55,413 nucleotides of DNA from the NCBI GenBank assembly GCA_943357985.1, contig CALRGR010000006.1:1-55413 (forward strand). Reading direction: 5' to 3'. Under the pieces are notes generated by a model that worked only from the letters and a program-made list of their open reading frames with translations, made no database searches and was not told where the DNA came from. How positions within the stretch are numbered: the stretch's first letter is position 1; every line of letters begins with the position of its first letter. The stretch is from Candidatus Levybacteria bacterium GW2011_GWA1_37_16. Its GTDB lineage: Bacteria > Patescibacteriota > Microgenomatia > Levybacterales > UBA12049. Shown here in pieces: positions 47,344-55,413 of the stretch. The translations under genes were made by a program, and so were the position numbers.

Positions 47344-48384
47344 TTAGCTGGTTATTTTGGAGAGATAGGGAATTTTGTGAACGACGTAGGCAATAATAAA
47401 GGATACTCCAGCAACAGACAAAAAGAATATAGGGTCAAACCATACCTGCCTGATTATCTGAGGGTCTGCTTGAAAAAAATGCACTCCAAATTTATACCAA
47501 ATAAATTCAAGCACTATTACGTGTATAAAGAAAACGAAAAATGATAATCTGGCCACAGTTTTAATTAAATTTAAATGCGGTAGGGCTTTATTAAATAAAT
47601 AATAAAGAATACTTCCTAAAACCGCCGTATATAAAAGTACGCTTGGCCTCCATTGAGAATAGAATTTTAAATAGTTGCTCGTTTTTAAATATCCACTTTG
47701 TCCCTCCATAAAGACGTATCCTGCAAGAAGGAAAGTAATAGCCAATAGCATAATCTTCCATTTTTTAATAAAGACAAGAATTATGTTCTGATGGTGCGAA
47801 GCTAAAGCTCCTAAGAGAAATATGTAAAAGTTAAGCATGGCGATAGTTACGGGATAAAAAAATGGAAGGGAATGAATGTAATAGTCTTGGTACAGAATGT
47901 AGACCTGAATTACGCCAAGAAGAAGTAGCACCCACTTGTCTGTAAGTATTTTGTAAAAAATATGGAAAAGCGGAAAGGCTATGTATAAAACTAGAAGTGA
48001 TGGGATAAAATATAATTGGTAAGACGCGCTCCCAAGACCCAGAGTAGTAAGGAAGTTTATATTGTGCTTGGTATATACAAAAAAATAATAAATAAAGCTC
48101 CAGAAAACATAAGGAATTAAAATTCTACCTAATCTCTTTTTAAGATACACAAAGTAGCTTATGTTGGCGGAGTAGTTTAGCTCAAGAACAAATCCTGAAA
48201 TCATAAAAAATAAAGGAACAGCAAAGCGACTAATTTGGTTTAGAAAAAGTGTCCATGGTACTTTTGTTATATCAAGGTGATTTGCCTCAAGAGTTCTGGT
48301 AGTCGTATGAATAAGAACAACTGCCAAAATTGAAATAAAACGTAAAATATCAATTGCTGGATTATATTGTTTTTGCTCCATCAT
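47344..48384 (-). CDS. acyltransferase family 3 membrane protein
   Basis: IDILR..SILAVVLIH, RFAVPLFFMISG, KKRLGRILIPY, YQLYF. Confidence 0.9.
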   Translation of the reverse strand: MMEQKQYNPAIDILRFISILAVVLIHTTTRTLEANHLDITKVPWTLFLNQISRFAVPLFFMISGFVLELNYSANISYFVYLKKRLGRILIPYVFWSFIYYFFVYTKHNINFLTTLGLGSASYQLYFIPSLLVLYIAFPLFHIFYKILTDKWVLLLLGVIQVYILYQDYYIHSLPFFYPVTIAMLNFYIFLLGALASHHQNIILVFIKKWKIMLLAITFLLAGYVFMEGQSGYLKTSNYLKFYSQWRPSVLLYTAVLGSILYYLFNKALPHLNLIKTVARLSFFVFFIHVIVLEFIWYKFGVHFFQADPQIIRQVWFDPIFFLSVAGVSFIIAYVVHKIPYLSKITS

Positions 48385-48416
48385 TAAATTCTATCAGGTA
48401 GTAATTTAAAAATAAA

Positions 48417-49100
48417 TTAGGTAAATTTTGTAAGGTTGAAGGATTTTCTATGAAGCTTAGATAGGCCATGTTTTTTAATCGCTGCTTGATGAGCCTTAGT
48501 TCCATAGCCTTTATGCTTTCCGAATCCGTACTGAGGGTATCTTTTCGATAGTTTTCTCATAAGCTCATCTCTTTCAACTTTTGCAATAATTGAAGCTGCT
48601 GCTATTGAAATACTAATTCTGTCCCCTTTTATAATTGCTTTTTGATTTTTAAGCCCTATTCTTTTTACATATTTAATATGAAAGCCATCGACCAATAAAT
48701 AGTATTTAGTATTAGATAGTATGTATTTTGTATCTTTGTCTTTTTTATACTTACTACTTTCTACTTTATACATAATACTTGCGATAGCTTTTCTGAAAGC
48801 TATCCGAGTTGCTTTGCCTATGCCGACTCGATTTATAATCGGAACTCCAACTGTCGCGATTGAGTACGACGCGCAGGTGTTTTTAATTAATTCCGAAAGT
48901 TTTTCTCGAGCACTTGGCTTCAAAAGCTTTGAATCATTAATTCCAAAACCATTTATCTCACCCGTCTCAGACTTAAAAACAACTGCTGCTACTGTTACAG
49001 GGCCTGCAAATGCGCCCCTGCCAACTTCATCTACGCCAATGATATATTTATTCCCCTTATTCCATAATTTGGTTTCTTCGGAGAAATTTGGTAAAATCAC
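48417..49100 (-). CDS. rnhB: ribonuclease HII with a low-complexity insertion
   Basis: GVDEVGRG, DSK, KGD, AAASIIAKV.RD, HKGYGT; start taken as GTG 49100 after TATAAT. Confidence 0.93.
   Translation of the reverse strand: MILPNFSEETKLWNKGNKYIIGVDEVGRGAFAGPVTVAAVVFKSETGEINGFGINDSKLLKPSAREKLSELIKNTCASYSIATVGVPIINRVGIGKATRIAFRKAIASIMYKVESSKYKKDKDTKYILSNTKYYLLVDGFHIKYVKRIGLKNQKAIIKGDRISISIAAASIIAKVERDELMRKLSKRYPQYGFGKHKGYGTKAHQAAIKKHGLSKLHRKSFNLTKFT
48699..48781. repeat. inverted heptamer array inside rnhB
   Basis: Minus strand AAGTATT ATGTATA AAGTAGA AAGTAGT AAGTATA ... followed by complementary ATACT units. Confidence 0.6.
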
Positions 49101-49162
49101 AAACCTATTATACAGATTTGATTTGACAGCTATATGCTTATTTGCTAGCATTTTATTTATCT

Positions 49163-49567
49163 ATGAAAACAATCTTAAGAAATACAGCAACTTATGGCCT
49201 TGGTCTTTTCTTTCTAGGTTTGATTGACGAAGGTTTAGTAATCCAAGGAGGAGTAGGTACTTATGTGGTAGGCGGGCTTGCTCTATGTCTGCTTTTTATG
49301 ATTGTGAAACCAATTCTTAACATTTTATCCCTGCCGCTTAATCTTATTACTCTTGGCCTTTTCTCTTTTCTGACAAATACTATAATTTTATATCTGGCTA
49401 CGGTATTTGTGCCTCAAATAAGAATTATGGCCTTTACTTTTTCAGGGGCTAGTTTTTCAGGTTTTATAATTCCTTCACTTTCCTTCAATACATTCTTTGC
49501 TTTTGTTGTATCAGCAGGGCTTTTGGCTCTTATTGTAGGATTTATATCATGGTTAACAAAAAGGTAG
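49163..49567 (+). CDS. 4-TM phage holin family / YvlD-like membrane protein
   Basis: VKPILNILSLPLNLITLGLF. Confidence 0.85.
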   Translation: MKTILRNTATYGLGLFFLGLIDEGLVIQGGVGTYVVGGLALCLLFMIVKPILNILSLPLNLITLGLFSFLTNTIILYLATVFVPQIRIMAFTFSGASFSGFIIPSLSFNTFFAFVVSAGLLALIVGFISWLTKR

Positions 49568-50499
49568 TTTGTTTAGGAGGCGGCGTAGGGACCGCAAATT
49601 TACTTTCCGGAATAAAAGATGAGTTTTCAGATATTAATGTTGTGGTTTCCGTTGCGGATGACGGAGGTTCTGCCGGAAGGCTTAGGAGATATTACAAGAT
49701 TCCTCCAACAGGAGACATTGTTAACTGTATGATTGCCTTATCGGATGCAGATAAAGTAATGTTGGATCTTTTAAAATTTAGATTCCCCGGAGAAAGATAT
49801 GGCCCTGATAACATTTTGCCGGGTCAAAAAATTGCAAATCTTATGTTTGCCGCTTTGATGCTTAACGCAAATAATATTAGTGAAGCAATTGGCAAGATGA
49901 AGGAAGTTTTCCAAGTTAAAGCAAATATTTATCCGTCCGCTCTTACAAAGATTTCCTTAAGAGCAAAGACTTCAACCGGACATATTGTAAGACGTGAAGA
50001 AAACATAGATATGGGACGCTTCAAAGGCCGGATTAAGAGATTATATATTTATCCTCAAAATCCAAAAGTTGATGTTAGGGCTATTGAAGCAATTAAAGAA
50101 GCAGATGTTATTATTGCAGGCCCCGGTGATTTGTATACTACAATTCTTCCAACAATTATTATTCCAAAAATAGCCGAAGAACTTAAAAAATCAAAAGCAA
50201 AAAAAATATTTGTTGTAAACGTAGCTAACAAATTCTTTGAAACTCCAAATTACTCTGTTTCCGACTTTATTGCCGCTATTAAAAAACACTGTGGATTTCA
50301 GCCCTTTGACACATTTCTTATAAATAACAATGTAGAGTACAAAATTCCTGATGGGTTTAGAAAAGAGTATTCCATAGCACCTTTAAGTAAGGATAAAAAC
50401 ATTGCCGTTGATTGTGTCTACAGAGATTTAATTAACGAAGAGTTTCCTATATACCACAGCTCCAAGAAACTTGCCAAAGCTATAGTTGAATATATATAA
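49549..50499 (+). CDS. yvcK: YvcK/GlmR (CofD-like) family protein
   Basis: GGGVG, DDGGSAGRLR, GD, GPGDLYTTI. Confidence 0.88.
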   Translation: MVNKKVVCLGGGVGTANLLSGIKDEFSDINVVVSVADDGGSAGRLRRYYKIPPTGDIVNCMIALSDADKVMLDLLKFRFPGERYGPDNILPGQKIANLMFAALMLNANNISEAIGKMKEVFQVKANIYPSALTKISLRAKTSTGHIVRREENIDMGRFKGRIKRLYIYPQNPKVDVRAIEAIKEADVIIAGPGDLYTTILPTIIIPKIAEELKKSKAKKIFVVNVANKFFETPNYSVSDFIAAIKKHCGFQPFDTFLINNNVEYKIPDGFRKEYSIAPLSKDKNIAVDCVYRDLINEEFPIYHSSKKLAKAIVEYI

Positions 50500-50507
50500 T
50501 AGAGAAG

Positions 50508-50723
50508 ATGTTGTTTACCATTATATTGCAGATTATAGTTTCCGCCCTTCTCATAGGCGCAGTTTTGCTTCAAAGTCAAAGCGGAGGCTTGTCTACTGCC
50601 TTTGGTGGAGGAGGAGAATTTTATAGAAGCAGAAGAAGTCTGGAAAAGTTTCTGTATGCGGCAACTATAGTTTTGGCTGCGGTTTTTGGACTCTTATCTG
50701 TTATTCTCCTTATCCCCCGATAA
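50508..50723 (+). CDS. secG: preprotein translocase subunit SecG
   Basis: VLLQ...GLS.AFGG; two TM helices. Confidence 0.9.
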   Translation: MLFTIILQIIVSALLIGAVLLQSQSGGLSTAFGGGGEFYRSRRSLEKFLYAATIVLAAVFGLLSVILLIPR

Positions 50724-50733
50724 CCTTGTTTTT

Positions 50734-52101
50734 ATGATTTTCTTTAAAAGAAAAAGACTTATAATTTGGCTGCTTAAGGCATATATTAAAAAGCATGGCA
50801 AGACAATTATTTTCTTTTTTGTGGCAGGGATTTTTGTTTTTTCTTTTCTTTTCTTAACCAAAGATATTTTTATTGGTAAAGTTCCTTTTGTACAAAAACA
50901 AACAGTAGGCCTTGTGGGTTCATATGACATCAATAGTTTGCCTGCCGAAATTCTTCTTAGTGTATCCAAAGGGTTAACTACCGTAGATAATAAGGGAAAT
51001 ATTTCTCCTTCTTTGGCGTCTTTCTGGAAAATTGAAGATAATGGAAGAAAATATACATTTAGACTTATTAAAAATGTTGTTTTTAGCGATGGAGAAAAAT
51101 TTACCTCAAAAAGCATAAATTATGGATTTTCAAATGTTAGCACACAAAGACCCGATGATTATACGATTGTCTTTAGGTTAAAAGATAATTATTCTCCGTT
51201 TCTAGTCACCGTTTCAAGGCCTATATTTAAAAAAGGTTTTGTTGGCATTGGTGATTATAAAATAAAAAACATAAACCTGAATGGAAGTTTTGTGGAAAGC
51301 CTGTCACTTTCTTCAAATAAAGATAAGTATGGAAGCATTTCGTATCAATTTTACCCTACTCAGGCGTCGCTTAAGACAGCGTATGTGCTGGGAGAAGTTT
51401 CTCAGGTAAAAGGGCTTACCGATTTGAAATTTAAAAACTCATCTTTTTCTTCTTTTAAAAGTACAAAGGTAACAAGGGCAATAGACAACACTAAGCTTGT
51501 TTCTCTTTTTTATAATACAAAAGATGGCACACTATCGGATAACAGAGTGAGAAAAGCTCTAACTTACGCTTTGCCGGATTCATTTCCTATGGGTCTTAGG
51601 AATTCAAGTCCCTTTCCGCCAGATTCATGGGCAAGAGCCGAATCTGCGGTTTCGGAAATAAGACAGGATTATAATCATTCCAAACTTCTTTTATCTGAGT
51701 CTCAAACTGCAAGTGATGGTGCTAAGCTTTCTTTTGAAATAAAAACCCTTCCTCAGTATGAAGATGCTGCAAAAATTATCGTTGATTCTTGGAAAAAACT
51801 GGATGTCAACGCAACAGTTAAAGTAGTTGATTCAATTCCATCTTCTTTTCAAATTTTTCTGGGAGATTTTAATCTTTCAAAAGACCCGGATGAATATCCC
51901 CTTTGGCATTCATCTCAACCCAATAATATAACAAGATATAAAAACTTGAGGATAGATAAGCTTTTAGAAGATGGAAGAAAAGAAGTAAGTATAGAAGAAA
52001 GAAAAAAGATTTACTCTAGTTTTGAAAAATATATTCTGGATGACTCCCCTGCTTCATTCCTCTATCTTCCCTACAGCTTTGATGTTGTCCGGTCTAATTA
52101 A
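50734..52101 (+). CDS. family 5 (peptide) ABC substrate-binding protein
   Basis: PSLA..W....GRKYTF...FSDG, VRKAL, WHSSQ..N; start at MIFFKRKR. Confidence 0.8.
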   Translation: MIFFKRKRLIIWLLKAYIKKHGKTIIFFFVAGIFVFSFLFLTKDIFIGKVPFVQKQTVGLVGSYDINSLPAEILLSVSKGLTTVDNKGNISPSLASFWKIEDNGRKYTFRLIKNVVFSDGEKFTSKSINYGFSNVSTQRPDDYTIVFRLKDNYSPFLVTVSRPIFKKGFVGIGDYKIKNINLNGSFVESLSLSSNKDKYGSISYQFYPTQASLKTAYVLGEVSQVKGLTDLKFKNSSFSSFKSTKVTRAIDNTKLVSLFYNTKDGTLSDNRVRKALTYALPDSFPMGLRNSSPFPPDSWARAESAVSEIRQDYNHSKLLLSESQTASDGAKLSFEIKTLPQYEDAAKIIVDSWKKLDVNATVKVVDSIPSSFQIFLGDFNLSKDPDEYPLWHSSQPNNITRYKNLRIDKLLEDGRKEVSIEERKKIYSSFEKYILDDSPASFLYLPYSFDVVRSN

Positions 52102-53380
52102 GGTTACCATTCATTGCCTTGGAGCGGAGTTTTCTATGATATGTTATTGCAAATCTGTGTGCTTCATCTCTAATTTTCATAACTAGGTTTAAAGGGTCGG
52201 ACCCTCTAGGTAAAGAAATTTCCTGTAAGTCTGGGGTAATAATGGTTTCAAGTCTTTTAGCAAGTCCAATAATTGGAACGTCGACGCCCGACTCCTCGAT
52301 TGCCTTTTTTGCGGCAGAAACTTGACCTTTCCCTCCGTCTATAATAATCAGTCCCGGCATTGCCCAGTCTTTTCTCGCAAATCTTCTTTTCAAAACTTCC
52401 TGCATCATTGCAAAATCATTAGGGCCCAGAGTTCTTTTTATTTTAAATCTTCTGTACTCGGAAGTATTTTTTGTGCCGTTTTCAAATACAACCATAGAGC
52501 CTGTTGCCAATTTTCCGGAAATGTTTGATATGTCGTAGCACTCTATTCTCTGAACACTCTTAACTCCCACACCTTTTTCATTTAAGACAGTCCTTAAGGA
52601 GGTCATTTCCTTATTTCTGAGATCTTCTTCAAGGTTAGGATTAATTTCATAGTCAAAAGGTTTATGAGACTCGCTTGTGACAAATTTAATTGCGTCGATT
52701 TTCCGCTGGATCTCACCTGCTTTTTCAAACTCGTCAAGATTGCTTAATCGGTTTCTCTCTTTCTCAAGCCCAGCAATTACTTTCCTTGTGTTTCCTTTTA
52801 AGAAATCTATGATTCTCCTAATATTTTTTTTATATTCATTGAGCTGGAGATCTAAAAGCAACGGAGGACATGGACAAAGACGCAAATGGTTATAAAGACA
52901 CATTTTTTTAGGATGGTTAATAACCGATTGATAAGGAAAAATTTTCCTTATGGTTTTTAATACCAAGCGTACAGATGATGCACTTGGGAAACGGCCAAAG
53001 TAAATAGATTTTTTATCATCCTCTTTTCTTGATATTAAAACAGCAGGATATTTATCTTTAACATTTACTCTAATAAGAGGATAAGTCTTATCATCTAACA
53101 GTTTTATATTATAAAATGGTTTGAACTGTTGAACCATATCTGCTTCAAGCAGGAATGACTCAATTTCCGATTGAGTTTTTATAACCTTAATTTTGCTTAT
53201 TTTTGAAACCAGTTGTTTGGTTTTATATCCTAAATCTGAAGAGTTTGAAAAATAAGAAGAGACTCTGCTTTTAAGATTCTTTGCCTTACCAATATAAAGA
53301 ACATCACTCTTTTTGCTTAAAAAGATGTAAATGCCCGGACTTTGAGGTAATAATAAATATGAAAGTCGTGAATATAACAA
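52094..53380 (-). CDS. uvrC: excinuclease ABC subunit C lacking the C-terminal HhH
   Basis: PGIY, YIGKA.NL..RV.SYF, RIECYDIS, IDGGKGQ, RDEAHRFA; start codon uncertain. Confidence 0.92.
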   Translation of the reverse strand: MLYSRLSYLLLPQSPGIYIFLSKKSDVLYIGKAKNLKSRVSSYFSNSSDLGYKTKQLVSKISKIKVIKTQSEIESFLLEADMVQQFKPFYNIKLLDDKTYPLIRVNVKDKYPAVLISRKEDDKKSIYFGRFPSASSVRLVLKTIRKIFPYQSVINHPKKMCLYNHLRLCPCPPLLLDLQLNEYKKNIRRIIDFLKGNTRKVIAGLEKERNRLSNLDEFEKAGEIQRKIDAIKFVTSESHKPFDYEINPNLEEDLRNKEMTSLRTVLNEKGVGVKSVQRIECYDISNISGKLATGSMVVFENGTKNTSEYRRFKIKRTLGPNDFAMMQEVLKRRFARKDWAMPGLIIIDGGKGQVSAAKKAIEESGVDVPIIGLAKRLETIITPDLQEISLPRGSDPLNLVMKIRDEAHRFAITYHRKLRSKAMNGNLN

Positions 53381-55139
53381 TTAAAGCACCCCCTACGGCC
53401 AAAAGCTGAACTTTTGAGAAATTAAACGGAGATATTAAAATTTTTGCCGTAATGACTTTTTGGCCGATTGTGATTGTAACCTGGTCTTGCCTATTTGTCA
53501 AAAGAGATGGAGTAGTGAATTTAAGAGGTATAGAAATGTTTCCATAAGGAGGGATTGAATCTATGCTAATTTCTTGGTTTTGAGGTTCTAATATATCCGT
53601 CTCTACTTTAATAGTCTGAGGTTGGGATATCTGACCTCCCTCATTTTTTATTATAATTTGTCCGTAAACAGGTGCCCAAGGAAAAGCAGACTTTGTGATC
53701 TCTAAGTCTGTTTTAAAGGTTGAAAGAGTTTCGTCAAGGTGGGTATCAACATTTACCAACACGTCTTTTTTATTTTCTTGTCCGGGTAGTTTATATCCTC
53801 CTGCCGGAACAGGATAACCGCTGTCTTTACCTTTTATAACAAAAGCTAAATGGTCAAAATCCAAAACATTAAAATAGTCAACCCCTCCGGTTGTTTTTCC
53901 CCAAGTGGGATCAACCATAATCCAAGTTTTTCTATCATTATCATAATACTCAGGCCACGCATGCAAGATATCCTTTACAAGCGACAATGGTCTCTCCCGT
54001 GAGTTTTCGGTGAAAGCATATCCATCTACTTCTCTGGCCGGAATTCCTGCTGCACGTGAAAGTGCTATGAAAAGATCATTAAACTCAAGGCAAACAGCAG
54101 ACGTAGGTTCATCCAACACTTTTTGGGCTCCAAGCCTAGGCTTATTAGTTGTTACTCTTGAAAAATCATAGCTTAAAGTTTTTACGACGTAGTTGTAAAT
54201 TGCCTGAGGAGTTTTAAGATTATTTGCCAGTTTTTTTATTTGTATATTGTCTGATTGCCAGAAAGGCTGCGGTTTTAAATATTCTGCTTTTAAGCTTTCA
54301 GATAATTCTTCCGGGCGGGAAATCAAACTTACTTTAGCTTTGCCTTTTACATGTACATCTAATTTCTGAGAAGCTGAGAGTACATACTCTGCTAGCCAAT
54401 TTCCATCCGAATCAACTCTGACGTTTACAGGAGCAGGTATCATCTGATTAATTTCGCTGTCTTGATAATTTGTATTTGGGGGAAGCGCAATTTCTGTTTT
54501 AATTTTAAAAAGATTGTTATTGTATAGATGATAAGTTAGGTCAAAAGAATAAACCTGGTAGTCTCCATATGCAATATAAACTCCTGATTTTCCCAAAGTC
54601 TCTTTAGTAAAGGTTAAGTTACTAGATGTTGAGTTGATAACTGCCGGCTTTATATAAGCTGGTGCTCCAAGCGCTGAGGGAGTAATTACGTTAACGCTAA
54701 AGACAGAAAAATCGTTTTGATTTGAAAGTCCCGGAATGTTTACTTCAAGAATCCTTCCTAGATTTTCAGCAATTCCCTGTGTATCAAAAGATAAATTAAA
54801 AGTTAATTTTTGCTCCAGACCAACAACTCTTTGGTTAAATGGAATGCCAACGGTTGTTCCCCTTGTATCCTTTGTAATGTCTGGTTTTATCTCACCTTCT
54901 GCGTCAGATGCTTTGATGTTTTCTATATCTGTCACGCCAAGTTGGATCTTATAATAAGAGGCGTAGTAGTTAGTGGTTTTGTTTGTTAGGATAACTTTGA
55001 AATTTACGCGAGCATTGCCATTTTGAGAGATGTTATAAGAGATAGAGTAATTGGTTGAGAAATTTTCCTCTGCATAAGCATTGCGGACAGAAAAAAAGAA
55101 AATAATTACAACAAAAAGAAGAAATAATATTTTTTTCAT
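53304..55139 (-). CDS. secreted/membrane-anchored transglutaminase-like protein
   Basis: Signal peptide; CLEF...AAGIPAR, HAWPE, DPTW triad; C-terminal TM. Confidence 0.88.
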   Translation of the reverse strand: MKKILFLLFVVIIFFFSVRNAYAEENFSTNYSISYNISQNGNARVNFKVILTNKTTNYYASYYKIQLGVTDIENIKASDAEGEIKPDITKDTRGTTVGIPFNQRVVGLEQKLTFNLSFDTQGIAENLGRILEVNIPGLSNQNDFSVFSVNVITPSALGAPAYIKPAVINSTSSNLTFTKETLGKSGVYIAYGDYQVYSFDLTYHLYNNNLFKIKTEIALPPNTNYQDSEINQMIPAPVNVRVDSDGNWLAEYVLSASQKLDVHVKGKAKVSLISRPEELSESLKAEYLKPQPFWQSDNIQIKKLANNLKTPQAIYNYVVKTLSYDFSRVTTNKPRLGAQKVLDEPTSAVCLEFNDLFIALSRAAGIPAREVDGYAFTENSRERPLSLVKDILHAWPEYYDNDRKTWIMVDPTWGKTTGGVDYFNVLDFDHLAFVIKGKDSGYPVPAGGYKLPGQENKKDVLVNVDTHLDETLSTFKTDLEITKSAFPWAPVYGQIIIKNEGGQISQPQTIKVETDILEPQNQEISIDSIPPYGNISIPLKFTTPSLLTNRQDQVTITIGQKVITAKILISPFNFSKVQLLAVGGALIVIFTTFIFIITSKSGHLHLFKQKE

Positions 55140-55340
55140 TTATAGCTTATTATACATATCTTATCCGGAGCCCCACAACTTCCCTTTCCGCAGCGGACTT
55201 GTAGAGCATGCGAATGATAGTAATTAAGCCTCTTATAATCCTGAAGTATAGTTTTCTGAAGGGAAAGAAATATAATTTTGATACAAAAATTTTCTAATTT
55301 ATTAGGGCACCTTATCCACAAAAAACTTCCCTACATATAA

Positions 55341-55374
55341 ATATTCCATTTTGGCATATTCCATTGTGGAATAT
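55341..55374. promoter_or_regulatory. tandem palindromic operator overlapping the -10
   Basis: ATATTCCA-TTT-TGGCATAT and ATATTCCA-TTG-TGGAATAT. Confidence 0.55.
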
Positions 55375-55385
55375 AATATTAATTT

Positions 55386-55413
55386 ATGAGTAAAGCAATA
55401 TATTCTCAAGAGC
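55386..55413 (+). CDS. start of a gene running out of the window, possibly an XRE-family HTH regulator
   Basis: ATG 8 nt after TATAAT; MSKAIYSQE (only 9 codons visible). Confidence 0.35.

Noticed and set aside
55150-55320. Possible oriC (TTATCCACA at 55312, weak boxes near 55150-55177)
   Set aside because: Only one perfect DnaA box and no dnaA/dnaN in view

Overview
A 55.4-kb chromosomal segment of an AT-rich bacterium using the standard code. Gene content and streamlining point by inference to Patescibacteria/CPR, Microgenomates-like: short ThrS, PheT, trigger factor, GreA and UvrC, type IV pilus genes, GT-C glycosyltransferases, and DUF5660/DUF5665-like genes. The backbone is housekeeping (pilX/M/N/O, trmD-rpsP-rnc-nusB-rpmF, recG, tyrS, PBP1A, pheST, thrS-infC-rpmI-rplT, tig, greA, dacA, dinB, a MacAB-like ABC exporter, rnhB, secG, uvrC) plus 15 tRNA genes read by eye. 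No integrase, transposase, CRISPR array or rRNA was found. The least explained signals are non-coding. (1) A ~0.5-kb cassette at 19166-19709 is bounded by ~30-bp inverted repeats, has a structured U-tailed hairpin region outside each repeat, and carries a membrane-protein gene under an operator that shares half-sites with a distant HxlR gene. (2) Two integrase-free islets are each bounded by a diverged duplicate of the 3' end of the upstream gene (dacA; tRNA-Arg). (3) REP-like palindromes appear inserted in frame in pheS, thrS, dinB and rnhB. (4) Many genes have a leaderless promoter architecture. (5) A candidate ncRNA lies inside a tRNA cluster. All calls come from reading the sequence; no searches were run.
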